Of a DNA stretch of 43,846 nucleotides, positions 20,678-29,795 are shown piece after piece. Below the pieces are notes generated by a model. The model saw only the letters and a list, made by a program, of their open reading frames with translations. It ran no database searches and was not told the origin of the DNA. The stretch is from NCBI GenBank assembly GCA_039805705.1, contig JBDLTR010000123.1, positions 1 through 43,846 on the forward strand. The letters are read 5' to 3'. The DNA is from Pseudomonadota bacterium. Lineage in GTDB: Bacteria > Pseudomonadota > Gammaproteobacteria > Burkholderiales > Burkholderiaceae_C. A program made the position numbers and the translations under genes. The first letter of the stretch is position 1; each line of letters starts with the position of its first letter.

Positions 20678-21430
20678 TCAGACGCTCAGGTAGGCGCGGC
20701 GGATGTCTTCGGCCCGCGCGAGTTCCTCGATGCTGCCTTCGAAGCGGATCTGGCCTTTTTCGAGCACATAGGCGCGGTCGGACACCAGCTCGGCGAAGTG
20801 CAGGTTTTGCTCGGACAGCAAGATGCTCACGCCCTTGGCCTTGAGCTCCAGGATCATGTGGGCCATCTGCTCGACGATCACCGGGGCCACGCCTTCGGAG
20901 GGCTCGTCGAGCAAAACCAGCAAGGGGTTGCCCATGAGGGTGCGGCCCACCGTCAGCATTTGTTGTTCACCACCGCTCATGCGGCCGCCCGGGCGGTCGG
21001 GCATCTCGCCCAGGTTGGGGAAGAGTTTGTAGAGCTCTTGCGGCGTCCAGCTCGGCGCGGCGCTGCCATCGGGCCAGCGGCGCGGCGGCTGGCGGCCCAC
21101 CTCGAGGTTTTCGGTGACGGTCAGGTCGGTGAAGATGCGCCGGTCCTCGGGCACAAAGCCCATGCCCATGCGCGCGATCTGGTGCGGCTGGCTGTCCGAG
21201 ATGTCGTGGTCCATGAAGCGCACCGTGCCCTGACGGCGGTCCATCAGGCCCATCAGGGTCTTGAGCGTGGTGGACTTGCCGGCACCGTTGCGGCCCATCA
21301 GGGCCACCACCTCGCCACGGCGCACCTGCAGCTGGATGTCGTACAGGATTTGCGCCGCACCGTACCAGGCGGCGAGGCCGTGTGCGTCCAGCAGGACGGG
21401 GTCATTGCCTGTCTGCGAAACCGCCGTCAT
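20678..21430 (-). CDS. ABC transporter ATP-binding protein (LivF-like)
   Basis: Walker A GRNGAGKST, MSGGEQQML, LLDEPSEG. Confidence 0.94.
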   Translation of the reverse strand: MTAVSQTGNDPVLLDAHGLAAWYGAAQILYDIQLQVRRGEVVALMGRNGAGKSTTLKTLMGLMDRRQGTVRFMDHDISDSQPHQIARMGMGFVPEDRRIFTDLTVTENLEVGRQPPRRWPDGSAAPSWTPQELYKLFPNLGEMPDRPGGRMSGGEQQMLTVGRTLMGNPLLVLLDEPSEGVAPVIVEQMAHMILELKAKGVSILLSEQNLHFAELVSDRAYVLEKGQIRFEGSIEELARAEDIRRAYLSV

Positions 21431-22221
21431 GCCGCTTGCTCCTGTTGCGCCGCGCCTGGCGCTGCTGACTTTTCAAAGGTTTTGCCGCTGCCGAAATACA
21501 CCTCTTGCACCTTGGGGTGGTCGCGGATGAGTTCGGGTGGGCCTTCGGCGATCAGGCGCCCGCGCGCCAGCACCACCATGCGGTCGGCATAGGCAAAGAC
21601 CACGTCCATGCTGTGCTCGGTGAACAGCACGGCCACGCCGCGCTCGGTCACCAGCTTTTTGGTCAGCGCCATCAGCGCGTTGCGCTCCTTGGGCGCCATG
21701 CCGGCGGTGGGCTCGTCCATGAGCAGCAATTTGGGCCGGTTGGCCATGGCGATCGCCAGCTCCACGCGCTTGACATCGCCGTAGGCGAGCACGCTGCAGG
21801 GCCGGTCGGCCTGCGCGCTCATGCCCACCATGTCGAGCAAATCGAGCGCGTCGCTGCGGCGGTGGCGCGCGGCCGAAGACCACATGGAAAAGAGCTTGCG
21901 GTCTTGCGACATCAGCGCCATCTGCACGTTCTCGACCACCGTCAAGGACGAGAAGGTGGCCGCGATCTGGAAGGTGCGGCCCACGCCCAGGCGCCAGATC
22001 TCGCGCGGTTGCAGGCCCACCAGCTCGGTGCCATCCAGGCGGATCGAACCGCGGTCAGCGCGCAGCTGGCCATTGACCATGTTGAAGGTGGTGGACTTGC
22101 CCGCCCCGTTGGGGCCGATCAGGGCCAGCAGCTCGCCGGCCTTGAGCTCGAAGTGGATGCCATCGACGGCTTTCACGCCACCAAAGGACTTGCCGAGGTT
22201 TTCGACGGTCAACAAACTCAT
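21427..22221 (-). CDS. ABC transporter ATP-binding protein (LivG-like)
   Basis: GPNGAGKST, GRTFQ, LAYGD, LMDEPTAG, EHSMD. Start set to ATG 22221 (MSLLTVENL). Confidence 0.94.
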   Translation of the reverse strand: MSLLTVENLGKSFGGVKAVDGIHFELKAGELLALIGPNGAGKSTTFNMVNGQLRADRGSIRLDGTELVGLQPREIWRLGVGRTFQIAATFSSLTVVENVQMALMSQDRKLFSMWSSAARHRRSDALDLLDMVGMSAQADRPCSVLAYGDVKRVELAIAMANRPKLLLMDEPTAGMAPKERNALMALTKKLVTERGVAVLFTEHSMDVVFAYADRMVVLARGRLIAEGPPELIRDHPKVQEVYFGSGKTFEKSAAPGAAQQEQAA

Positions 22222-24113
22222 GGCGTCACCTCTTTGGCGCCGGCCCGCTGCGCCAGCACTTGCCGGAAAAAGCCGGCGATGCCCTGCGGGAACAGCAGCA
22301 CCAAGATCAAGATCACCGCGCCCAGCAGGGCACGCCAGTATTCGGTGCTGCGCGCCATCACGTCGTGCAGCCAGGTGTAGCTGACCGCGCCCACCACCGG
22401 GCCGGCCAAGGTCTGCAGGCCGCCGAGCAGCACCATCACCAGGCCATCGACCGAGCGGCTGACGTTGAGGGTCTCCGGCGAAATGCTGCCCTTGGAGAAC
22501 GCGAACAAGGCACCGGCCACGCCGGCGAAAGCGCCCGCGATGATGAAGGCCACCCATTGCATGGCCTTGACGTCCATGCCGATGGCGTCGGCGCGCAGCA
22601 CCGAGTCGCGGCCCGCACGCAAGGCATAGCCAAAGGGCGAGAACAGCATGCGCCGCAAGGCCCACAGCGACAGCACCACCAGCACCAGGGTCAGGTAGTA
22701 ATAGGCCGACTTGTTCGACAGCCACTCGGCTGGCCAGACCCCGGTCATGCCGTTGCTGCCGCCCGTGACCTCGTCCCACTGGTAGACCCCGGCCCAGACG
22801 ATCTGGGCGAAGGCCAGCGTCAACATGGCCAGGTACACGCCCGACAGGCGCACGCTGAACCAGCCGACGATGAGCGCCCCCAGCGCCGCCACCAGCGGCG
22901 CCAGCAGCAGGGCCATTTCCATCGACAGGCCGAGCTTGCGCACCACCAGCGCGGCGGCGTAAGCCCCGAGGCCAAAGTAGGCCGCATGGCCAAACGAGTG
23001 CATGCCCGCCGGCCCCATGATGAAGTGCAGGCTGGCGGCGAACAGCGCGGCGATCAGCAGGTCGATGGCCAGCACCACCACATAGGGCGAACCGCTGCTC
23101 ATCGACGGCAGCACCAGCAAGGCCAAGGCGAGCACGGCCACGGCCGTCAGGAAGAGCTTGTCGGCCGGGCGGATCGGCAACTCGGCTTCGCCGAGCGCGC
23201 GCGCGGCCGCTTGCGCCTTGCCCATCAGGCCCCAGGGACGCACCACCAGCACCACCGCCATGACCACGAACTCGGCCACCAGCGTGAGCTTGGAAAACGA
23301 AATCTCGATGCCGAAGACGTTGATCAGGCCCAGCCAGATGCACAAGGCCTTGATCTCCGAAATCAACAAGGCGGCGACGAAGGCGCCCGGGATCGAGCCC
23401 ATGCCGCCGACCACCACCACCACAAAGGCCGAGCCGATGATGTGCAGGTCCATCTCCAGGTTGGCCGGTTCACGCGGCAGCTGCAGTGCGCCGCCCAGCC
23501 CCGCCAGCATCGCGCCCAGCGCGAACACCGCCGTGAACAACCAGGCCTGGTTGACGCCCAGCGCGCCGACCATTTCGCGGTCTTGCGTGGCGGCACGCAC
23601 CAGCGTGCCCCAGCGCGTGCGGGTGAGCAGCAGCCACAGCAGGCCCAGCACGATGGGGCCCACCACGATCAAAAACAGGTCATACACCGGGAACTGTCGT
23701 CCCAGCACATCGACCGAGCCGGTCAGGCCAGGCGCCCGCGGGCCCAGCAATTCCTCGGGCCCAAACAGCCACAGCACGCCATCCTTGATGGCCAAGACCA
23801 AGGCAAAGGTGGCGAGCAATTGAAAGAGCTCGGGCGCGCGGTAGATGCGCCGCAGCAGCAGCATCTCCACCACCACGCCGAGCAAGCCCACCGCACAGGC
23901 GGCCACGGGAACAGCGAGCCAAAAGCCCATCCATTCCAGCCGCGCCACCAGGGCGTAAGCGAAGTAAACCCCCAGCATGTAAAAGGAGCCGTGGGCGAAA
24001 TTCACAATCCGGGTGACACCGAAAATCAGTGACAACCCGGCTGCGACCAAAAACAGCGACGAAGCGCCGGCCAGGCCATTGAGCAACTGGACAACAAAGC
24101 CCGAAAAATTCAT
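22218..24113 (-). CDS. Fused LivH-LivM-type ABC permease
   Basis: N-terminal half with GLSLIFG..RIVNFAHG, C-terminal half with SFGHAAYFGLGAY and YLAMLTLAF; 631 aa. Confidence 0.92.
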   Translation of the reverse strand: MNFSGFVVQLLNGLAGASSLFLVAAGLSLIFGVTRIVNFAHGSFYMLGVYFAYALVARLEWMGFWLAVPVAACAVGLLGVVVEMLLLRRIYRAPELFQLLATFALVLAIKDGVLWLFGPEELLGPRAPGLTGSVDVLGRQFPVYDLFLIVVGPIVLGLLWLLLTRTRWGTLVRAATQDREMVGALGVNQAWLFTAVFALGAMLAGLGGALQLPREPANLEMDLHIIGSAFVVVVVGGMGSIPGAFVAALLISEIKALCIWLGLINVFGIEISFSKLTLVAEFVVMAVVLVVRPWGLMGKAQAAARALGEAELPIRPADKLFLTAVAVLALALLVLPSMSSGSPYVVVLAIDLLIAALFAASLHFIMGPAGMHSFGHAAYFGLGAYAAALVVRKLGLSMEMALLLAPLVAALGALIVGWFSVRLSGVYLAMLTLAFAQIVWAGVYQWDEVTGGSNGMTGVWPAEWLSNKSAYYYLTLVLVVLSLWALRRMLFSPFGYALRAGRDSVLRADAIGMDVKAMQWVAFIIAGAFAGVAGALFAFSKGSISPETLNVSRSVDGLVMVLLGGLQTLAGPVVGAVSYTWLHDVMARSTEYWRALLGAVILILVLLFPQGIAGFFRQVLAQRAGAKEVTP

Positions 24114-24174
24114 AGGGTGTGTGCAGATTTCAACAAGTCAGACATGGGGCGCTCGGTCGCTGTGGGTTTGCCAC

Positions 24175-25389
24175 TCAGTTGGCCGGGCGCATTTTCTTGA
24201 CCTCGTCGGCCGAGGGCAGGAACTTGGCACCGTCCATGTAGCGCGAGTTGACCATCACGCCTTTGCCGCCTTCGTTCTTGGTGCGGCCCACATAAGCGCC
24301 CATGGTCGACTGGTGGTCTTCGGCGCGGTACACGACGGGACCAAACGGCGTCATGACGTTCAGGCCACGGAAGGCGTTGACCAGCTTTTCAGACTCGGTG
24401 GAGCCGGCTTTCTTGACGCCTTCGGCGATCGACTTGATGGCGGCATAACCCACCACCGAACCCAGGCGCGGGTACTCTTTGAACTTGGCCTCGTAGGCGT
24501 TGCGGAAGGCGTTGTGCTCGGGCGTGTTGATGGCGTACCAGGGGTAACCGGTCACCAGCCAGCCGTTGGGCGTCTCGTCCTTGAGCGGGTCCAGGTACTC
24601 GGGCTCGCCGGTCAGCAAGCTCGCCACCTCAACACCCTTGAACAGGCCGCGGGTGTTGCCCTCGCGCACGAACTTGGCCAGGTCGGCACCGAACAGCACG
24701 TTGAAGATCGCGTCGGGCTTGGCATCGGCCAGGGCCTGCACCACGCTGCCGGCCTCGACCTTGCCCAGTGGCGTGGCCTGCTCGGCGACGAACTCGACAT
24801 CGGGCTGGGCCGCCTTGAGCAGCTTCTTGAAGCTGGCCACGGCGGACTGGCCGTATTCGTAGTTGGGGTAGACCAGGGCCCAGCGCTTTTTCTTCATCGC
24901 GGCCACATCGGGCATGAGCATGGCCACCTGCATGTAGGTGGAGGTGCGCAGGCGGAAGGTGTAGCGGTTGCCGTTGTCCCAAACGATCTTGTCGGTCAGC
25001 GGTTCACCGGCCAGGAAGAAGGTTTTCTTTTGCTTGGCGAAATCGGTCAGGGCCAAACCGATGTGCGAGAGGAAAGAGCCCATCAGCACATCGACCTGCT
25101 CGCGCGACATCAGCTCTTCGGCCGCGCGCACGGCATCGCCGGGGTTGGCGTTGTCGTCGCGGGTGATCAGCTCGATCTTGCGGCCCAGCACGCCACCGGC
25201 GGCGTTGACCTCGTCGACCGCGAGCTGCATGCCTTTTTTGTAGGGCTCCAAGAACGCCGGTTGCGCCTTGTAGCTGTTGATTTCACCGATCTTCAGCACG
25301 TTTTGCGCCAAAGCGCTCACGGCCAGGGTCATGCCAGCCGTCAGGGCCAACAACGGGCGCATCACGCCAGGCTTGTTCCATTTCAACAT
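24175..25389 (-). CDS. ABC transporter substrate-binding protein (LivJ/LivK-like; candidate nicotinate binder)
   Basis: Signal peptide, AGGVLGRKIELITRDD and YTFR motifs; AAAGGAAG RBS. Confidence 0.9.
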   Translation of the reverse strand: MLKWNKPGVMRPLLALTAGMTLAVSALAQNVLKIGEINSYKAQPAFLEPYKKGMQLAVDEVNAAGGVLGRKIELITRDDNANPGDAVRAAEELMSREQVDVLMGSFLSHIGLALTDFAKQKKTFFLAGEPLTDKIVWDNGNRYTFRLRTSTYMQVAMLMPDVAAMKKKRWALVYPNYEYGQSAVASFKKLLKAAQPDVEFVAEQATPLGKVEAGSVVQALADAKPDAIFNVLFGADLAKFVREGNTRGLFKGVEVASLLTGEPEYLDPLKDETPNGWLVTGYPWYAINTPEHNAFRNAYEAKFKEYPRLGSVVGYAAIKSIAEGVKKAGSTESEKLVNAFRGLNVMTPFGPVVYRAEDHQSTMGAYVGRTKNEGGKGVMVNSRYMDGAKFLPSADEVKKMRPAN

Positions 25390-25450
25390 GGTGCTTCCTT
25401 TCAGGGGGTTAAGTTCACTCAAGCATCTTCACACACTGGTCTTTGCCATT

Positions 25451-26035
25451 TCACCTCAAACCGTCCTCACCTTTGATTTCATGGACCTGCAGCCCACCGA
25501 TGCGCGGCAGGGGCCGCCCGCTGTCGGTGACCGCCACCGCGACCACGATCTCGTTGGCCCGCGGCGCATCGGCCACGCGCGCCTCGACCGCGTCAAAGTG
25601 GCTGCGCACAAAAGCCGCATCCTTGTGGCCCAGCGGCACATCGATGGCCGTGCCCATGCCGCCGCGCTTTTTGCTCGAAGGCACCAGGGCCGCGCCCTTT
25701 TCGACCGCCTGGCGCAAGGGCGCGCCCAGTTTGGGGTGCAGGATGGCGGCGGCGTGCTCGAGCTCGCCGGCCTCGCCCACGATGGCGGCCTTGCCATAGC
25801 TCTGCGCCTGGCCTGGGGCGATGCCCAGCGCGCTCACGCATTTTTGACCCAGCAGGGCACCGAGTTCTTCACCGATGGCGATCAACTCGTCGAGGGAGGA
25901 CACATAACGCCCGGCACAGGGGTTCTCGATCACCGCCATGGCCACGGCGCGGCGCGTGGGCGGGTCAATGGCTTGGCCCATTTCGAGGCGGGTTTCGTCG
26001 ACTTGCACCAGCAGTTTTCGGATCTTGGCTGACAT
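25451..26035 (-). CDS. 'Amino acid synthesis' (AA_synth/DUF1185) family protein, paralog 1
   Basis: AVIENPCAGRY, SYGKAAIVGEAGELEHAA, DVPLGHKDAAFVRSHFD, PRANEIVVA; GAGGA RBS. Confidence 0.85.
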   Translation of the reverse strand: MSAKIRKLLVQVDETRLEMGQAIDPPTRRAVAMAVIENPCAGRYVSSLDELIAIGEELGALLGQKCVSALGIAPGQAQSYGKAAIVGEAGELEHAAAILHPKLGAPLRQAVEKGAALVPSSKKRGGMGTAIDVPLGHKDAAFVRSHFDAVEARVADAPRANEIVVAVAVTDSGRPLPRIGGLQVHEIKGEDGLR

Positions 26036-26072
26036 AGGTTTCCTCGCAAGAATGAATGCACAAGAGCGCGCT

Positions 26073-26714
26073 TCAGCGCTGGCCGTCCCATTTGGCAATG
26101 TCGGCGGCTTTGAGCCCACCCACACGGGCATGCACGCGCGCACCGGTGGACATGGCCAGCACATAGACCAGCTCGTCGGGCAGCGGCGCACCGGGCACAC
26201 GTGCTTCGATGGCATCGAAGTGGCTGCGCACATAGCTGGCGTTGATGTGGGTCAGCGGCACATCCAGGGTGCAGCCCGGTGGCCCGACCTTTTTGGTCGA
26301 GGGCACGATGGCCAGCGCATTGCCCGGCTGGCCGGTCTTGGCCTCGCCTTGGCCCTGGGTGTAGGCGGCGCGGTCGCCGCTCCAGCCCAGCAGCTCGCGC
26401 ATGGCGTAGCCGCCCGGCACGTGCCACAGGGCGCCGTGCTCGAGCTCACCGGCGGCGCCGATGATGGCGCCCTTGCCGTAGCTCTGGATCTGTTCGCGCT
26501 CGACCGCCATCGCCGCCAGCAGGCGGTGCGCCATCTGGGTGCCAACGGCGTTGAGGGCCTCCATCATCGGCAGGATGTCAGGCTCGTAGCGGCCCGCGAA
26601 AGGGTTGCCCAGCACCGCCGCGACAAAGCCACGGCGCAAGGGCTGCGCGGCCACGGGCCCAAACTCGTGAAAGATGTCTTCGACGTGGGTGTGGATTCTG
26701 CGGATCTCAATCAT
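26073..26714 (-). CDS. AA_synth/DUF1185 family protein, paralog 2
   Basis: NPFAGRY, SYGKGAIIGAAGELEHGA, DVPLTHINASYVRSHFD; visibly homologous to paralog 1. Confidence 0.85.
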   Translation of the reverse strand: MIEIRRIHTHVEDIFHEFGPVAAQPLRRGFVAAVLGNPFAGRYEPDILPMMEALNAVGTQMAHRLLAAMAVEREQIQSYGKGAIIGAAGELEHGALWHVPGGYAMRELLGWSGDRAAYTQGQGEAKTGQPGNALAIVPSTKKVGPPGCTLDVPLTHINASYVRSHFDAIEARVPGAPLPDELVYVLAMSTGARVHARVGGLKAADIAKWDGQR

Positions 26715-27633
26715 CTAGGGTCTCCAGCGCGCACACCTGCGGGTGTGCGCGCACCGAGGGTGTCGCCGGTTTTGGCGCGGGCGACGCGGGCGTCGACACC
26801 GCCTGGCCTTGGCACGTCAGGACGCAGGCCGTGATGCGGCCCGCGCGCTGCAGGGCCAGGGCATGGTCCAGACCGGCTTGCAAAGCCTGCTGCACCCGCG
26901 ATGGTGCCAGCGTCGGCACCGACACCGTCACCGGGATGGTACCGAGGTCGCTGTCGTCCTTGAGGGTGTTGGCGGGCGCACGCACGATGCCTGGCGCCTG
27001 CACATTGACGGCGTTGGCGATCAGGCTGGCGGCGGCATCCGCCTCGGCGGCCGTGGCCGCCAGCACCGTCACGCTGTCGGCGATGCCCAGCGAGAAACTG
27101 CGCCCCTTCCAACCACTCGTGGCCACGCCCCGCACGCCGCTCGCATGCGCGACATCGAACTGGCCATCGACCTGCAGACCGTCGCGCGCGCCCAGCCATC
27201 GCAAGCTTTCGGGGTCGGCACACAGCCCAATCCGCCACGAGGTGCCGGGCGTCAGGTGCAGGGCGATGTCACCGCCGTTGTTGACCCAGGCACGGGAAAC
27301 GCCCGCAGCCGTGTAGGCCTGCACCAGCTCCTGCGCCACCGCGCCGGCGACCGCCACCATGGGCGTGACATAGGCCGGACGATGCGCCGCAGCAGCCGCC
27401 CACATGCGGCGTGCCACCGGCCCGCGCAGACGGCAGACCCCGTCCACCGCTGCGCGCAGCTGCGGCAATTCGGCCACCAGCTCTTGGAGCAAACCTTGGA
27501 AACGCGCCCAGGCCCGGGCATGCGCGGCCTGCACCGCACGCGGCTCGCCCTCGGCCCCGATGACGATGTCCATCGGGCCATGCTGGAAGTGCAAACGCCC
27601 GTCACCGAGCGAGCGGCATTGCGCGGACACCAT
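26707..27633 (-). CDS. UPF0280 / ApbE-like protein
   Basis: HGPMD, TPMVAVAGAVA, VNNGGDIA, GVATSG, SLGIADSVTV...ADAAAS motifs. ATG overlaps the hnr stop (TGATG). Confidence 0.82.
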   Translation of the reverse strand: MVSAQCRSLGDGRLHFQHGPMDIVIGAEGEPRAVQAAHARAWARFQGLLQELVAELPQLRAAVDGVCRLRGPVARRMWAAAAAHRPAYVTPMVAVAGAVAQELVQAYTAAGVSRAWVNNGGDIALHLTPGTSWRIGLCADPESLRWLGARDGLQVDGQFDVAHASGVRGVATSGWKGRSFSLGIADSVTVLAATAAEADAAASLIANAVNVQAPGIVRAPANTLKDDSDLGTIPVTVSVPTLAPSRVQQALQAGLDHALALQRAGRITACVLTCQGQAVSTPASPAPKPATPSVRAHPQVCALETLDD

Positions 27634-29246
27634 CAGCCGATCAGCGGAGCTTGGCCCATCGGCCAGGGGTTGCTGGGGTCTTGGCGCAGCCACTGCCGGC
27701 GCGTGGGCGCGCCGTCGTTGTGCCAGGCGCCCGTGCGCAGCACATCCTGCAGGCTGCGCACCTCTTGCACATGGCCACCCATGGCGACGTAGTCGTCCAT
27801 GCGCATGCTGAACTCGATCGGGGCGATGATGGCCGGCGTCGGCACCGTGCCAAAGCTGTTGTCGGGCATGCGCATCACATCCACCATGACCGTGATGCCA
27901 CCGCCCGGCCACACATAGGCGGGTGCGCCACCGCAGGTCACATTGATCAGGGCGTCCTTGATGCCGCGCGTGAGCAGCACCGGGTTTTCGGTGGCGCCGG
28001 CACGCAAGCTACCGCCAGCGCCCGCCAGGAACAGCACGGTGGTCATGGACGGTTCGCAGTTTTCGCCGATGCGCTCGACCACCGCCCGCACCGGCGCCGG
28101 CATGGGCTGCTCCTGCGGCACCAGCTGCGCGTCGAGCACATACCAGGCGGCATGCTCACCGGTGGTGGAGGTCATGAGCAAGCGCAGGCCCGGCCAGGCC
28201 ACTTCGGGGTCCCAGCCTTCGATCACCGACAACGGCTCCGAGATCGAGGTGCCGCCCCAGCCGGTGCCCGGATCGGCCACCTGGAAGTAGCGGCCCGGCG
28301 TGGATTTGCGCCCACGCACCTGGATGCCCGAAGGGCGCATGTCCAGGCAACGTCCGGCCTGGTGCTCGCTGAGCACGCCGGTGATGTGGTCATCGACCAC
28401 CACCACCTCGTCCACATGCCCGAAGAGCTGTTTGGCAAAAATGCCCACGGTGGCCGAACCGCAGCCCACACGCATGCGCCGCTCTTCGACGCCGTTGACG
28501 ATGGGGGCGCGACCGGCCTGGATGACGATTTGCGCGCCGTGGTCGATGGAGAGTTCGACCGCCTGCTTGTTGCCGAGCGCCTGCATCATCTCGACGGTGA
28601 TGCGGCCTTCCTTTTTGCTGCCGCCCGTCAGGTGGTGCACGCCACCGAGCGAGAGCATTTGCGAGCCGTATTCGGCGGTGGTCACATGGCCCACCACCTC
28701 GCCCTTGCAGCGCACATTGGCCTGCTCGGGGCCGAGGTAGCGGTCGGTGTCGATCTTCACCTTGAAGCTGCAGTAGCTGAAGATGCCTTCGGTCACCACC
28801 GTCACCATGTCCACGCCCTGCGCCTTGGAACCCACGATGAAGGGCGCGGGCTTGTAGTCCGGGTAGGTCGTCGAAGAGCCCACGCCGGTCACAAACACCT
28901 CGTCGGACAGCAGCAGATCGCCGTCCCAATCGGGGGCGGCCGACACATCCTGGGCCGGGGGGGTGCCGTCTTGCACCACACGGCCACTGAACTGCACCAG
29001 CTTGGCATCGGCGTCGTTCAGGGTTTTGCGCAGCAGCACCACCGGATCGACACGGATCAGCACGCCGCCCTGGTTGGCGTAGCGGTCGCAGGCGCCGCTG
29101 CGGCCCTCGGTGATCTGGCACAGCACCGGGCACGCGTTGCATTCGATCTTGGTGTCGGCCATGCGCTCGCTGCGCGGGCGGGCGCGCTCGAGCACCTGAG
29201 GCCCGCCCTCTCCGGGCATTCCATCTGTTCGGGTGTGCTCTGTCAT
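27633..29246 (-). CDS. hnr: 6-hydroxynicotinate reductase (Fe-S flavoprotein)
   Basis: N-terminal CNACPVLC...GACDRY, TTYPDYKPAP, EYGSQMLSLGG, MRVGCGSA, VVVDDHITG, GWGGT, GAGGSLRAG; clustered with enamidase; GGAGG RBS. Confidence 0.85.
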   Translation of the reverse strand: MTEHTRTDGMPGEGGPQVLERARPRSERMADTKIECNACPVLCQITEGRSGACDRYANQGGVLIRVDPVVLLRKTLNDADAKLVQFSGRVVQDGTPPAQDVSAAPDWDGDLLLSDEVFVTGVGSSTTYPDYKPAPFIVGSKAQGVDMVTVVTEGIFSYCSFKVKIDTDRYLGPEQANVRCKGEVVGHVTTAEYGSQMLSLGGVHHLTGGSKKEGRITVEMMQALGNKQAVELSIDHGAQIVIQAGRAPIVNGVEERRMRVGCGSATVGIFAKQLFGHVDEVVVVDDHITGVLSEHQAGRCLDMRPSGIQVRGRKSTPGRYFQVADPGTGWGGTSISEPLSVIEGWDPEVAWPGLRLLMTSTTGEHAAWYVLDAQLVPQEQPMPAPVRAVVERIGENCEPSMTTVLFLAGAGGSLRAGATENPVLLTRGIKDALINVTCGGAPAYVWPGGGITVMVDVMRMPDNSFGTVPTPAIIAPIEFSMRMDDYVAMGGHVQEVRSLQDVLRTGAWHNDGAPTRRQWLRQDPSNPWPMGQAPLIG

Positions 29247-29298
29247 GCTTTGCCTGCCTCCAATCGCTGTCGTACCGTGTCGACGTGGCGTCAATTTA

Positions 29299-29316
29299 AT
29301 GTAGCAATCTCTACAT
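29299..29316. promoter_or_regulatory. Palindromic operator candidate 1 (ATGTAG-N6-CTACAT)
   Basis: Perfect 6-bp inverted repeat in the AT-rich divergent spacer; second copy 79 bp away. Confidence 0.7.
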
Positions 29317-29377
29317 GCACATGGAGTAAACCCTAAACCAACAGCCTTGCAGTTCGTTTAGCATTCACTCCACCAAC

Positions 29378-29395
29378 GTGTAGCAGCAGCTACAT
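29378..29395. promoter_or_regulatory. Palindromic operator candidate 2 (GTGTAG-N6-CTACAT)
   Basis: Same motif and spacing as 29299-29316. Confidence 0.68.
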
Positions 29396-29450
29396 GAAGC
29401 CATGGGCCGACAGATCCGCTTGCGCCCCATGCGCTGCACCTGGAGTTGAA

Positions 29451-29774
29451 ATGACCCATGTCGTGACCGATGCCTGTGTCCGCTGCAAGTACACCGATTG
29501 CGTGGACGTGTGCCCCGTCGATTGTTTCAAGGAAGGCCCCCACTTCCTGGTCATCGACCCCGACGAGTGCATCGATTGCGCGGTGTGCATCCCGGAATGC
29601 CCGGTCAATGCCATCTTTGCCGAGGAAGACGTGCCGCCCGATCAGCAGCACTTTGTCGCGCTCAACCGCGAGCGCGCCCCCGGCTGGCCCACCATCAGCA
29701 AACGCAAAAGCCCGCTGCCCGATGCCGAGCAGTGGAAAGACCAACGCCACAAGCTCGAGGGCTTGAACGATTGA
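29451..29774 (+). CDS. fdxA: 7Fe-type ferredoxin (FdI/FdxA family)
   Basis: [18 protein letters not shown] and [16 protein letters not shown]; GGAG RBS. Confidence 0.94.
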   Translation: MTHVVTDACVRCKYTDCVDVCPVDCFKEGPHFLVIDPDECIDCAVCIPECPVNAIFAEEDVPPDQQHFVALNRERAPGWPTISKRKSPLPDAEQWKDQRHKLEGLND

Positions 29775-29795
29775 GGATTGGCCAGGGAGACCACC

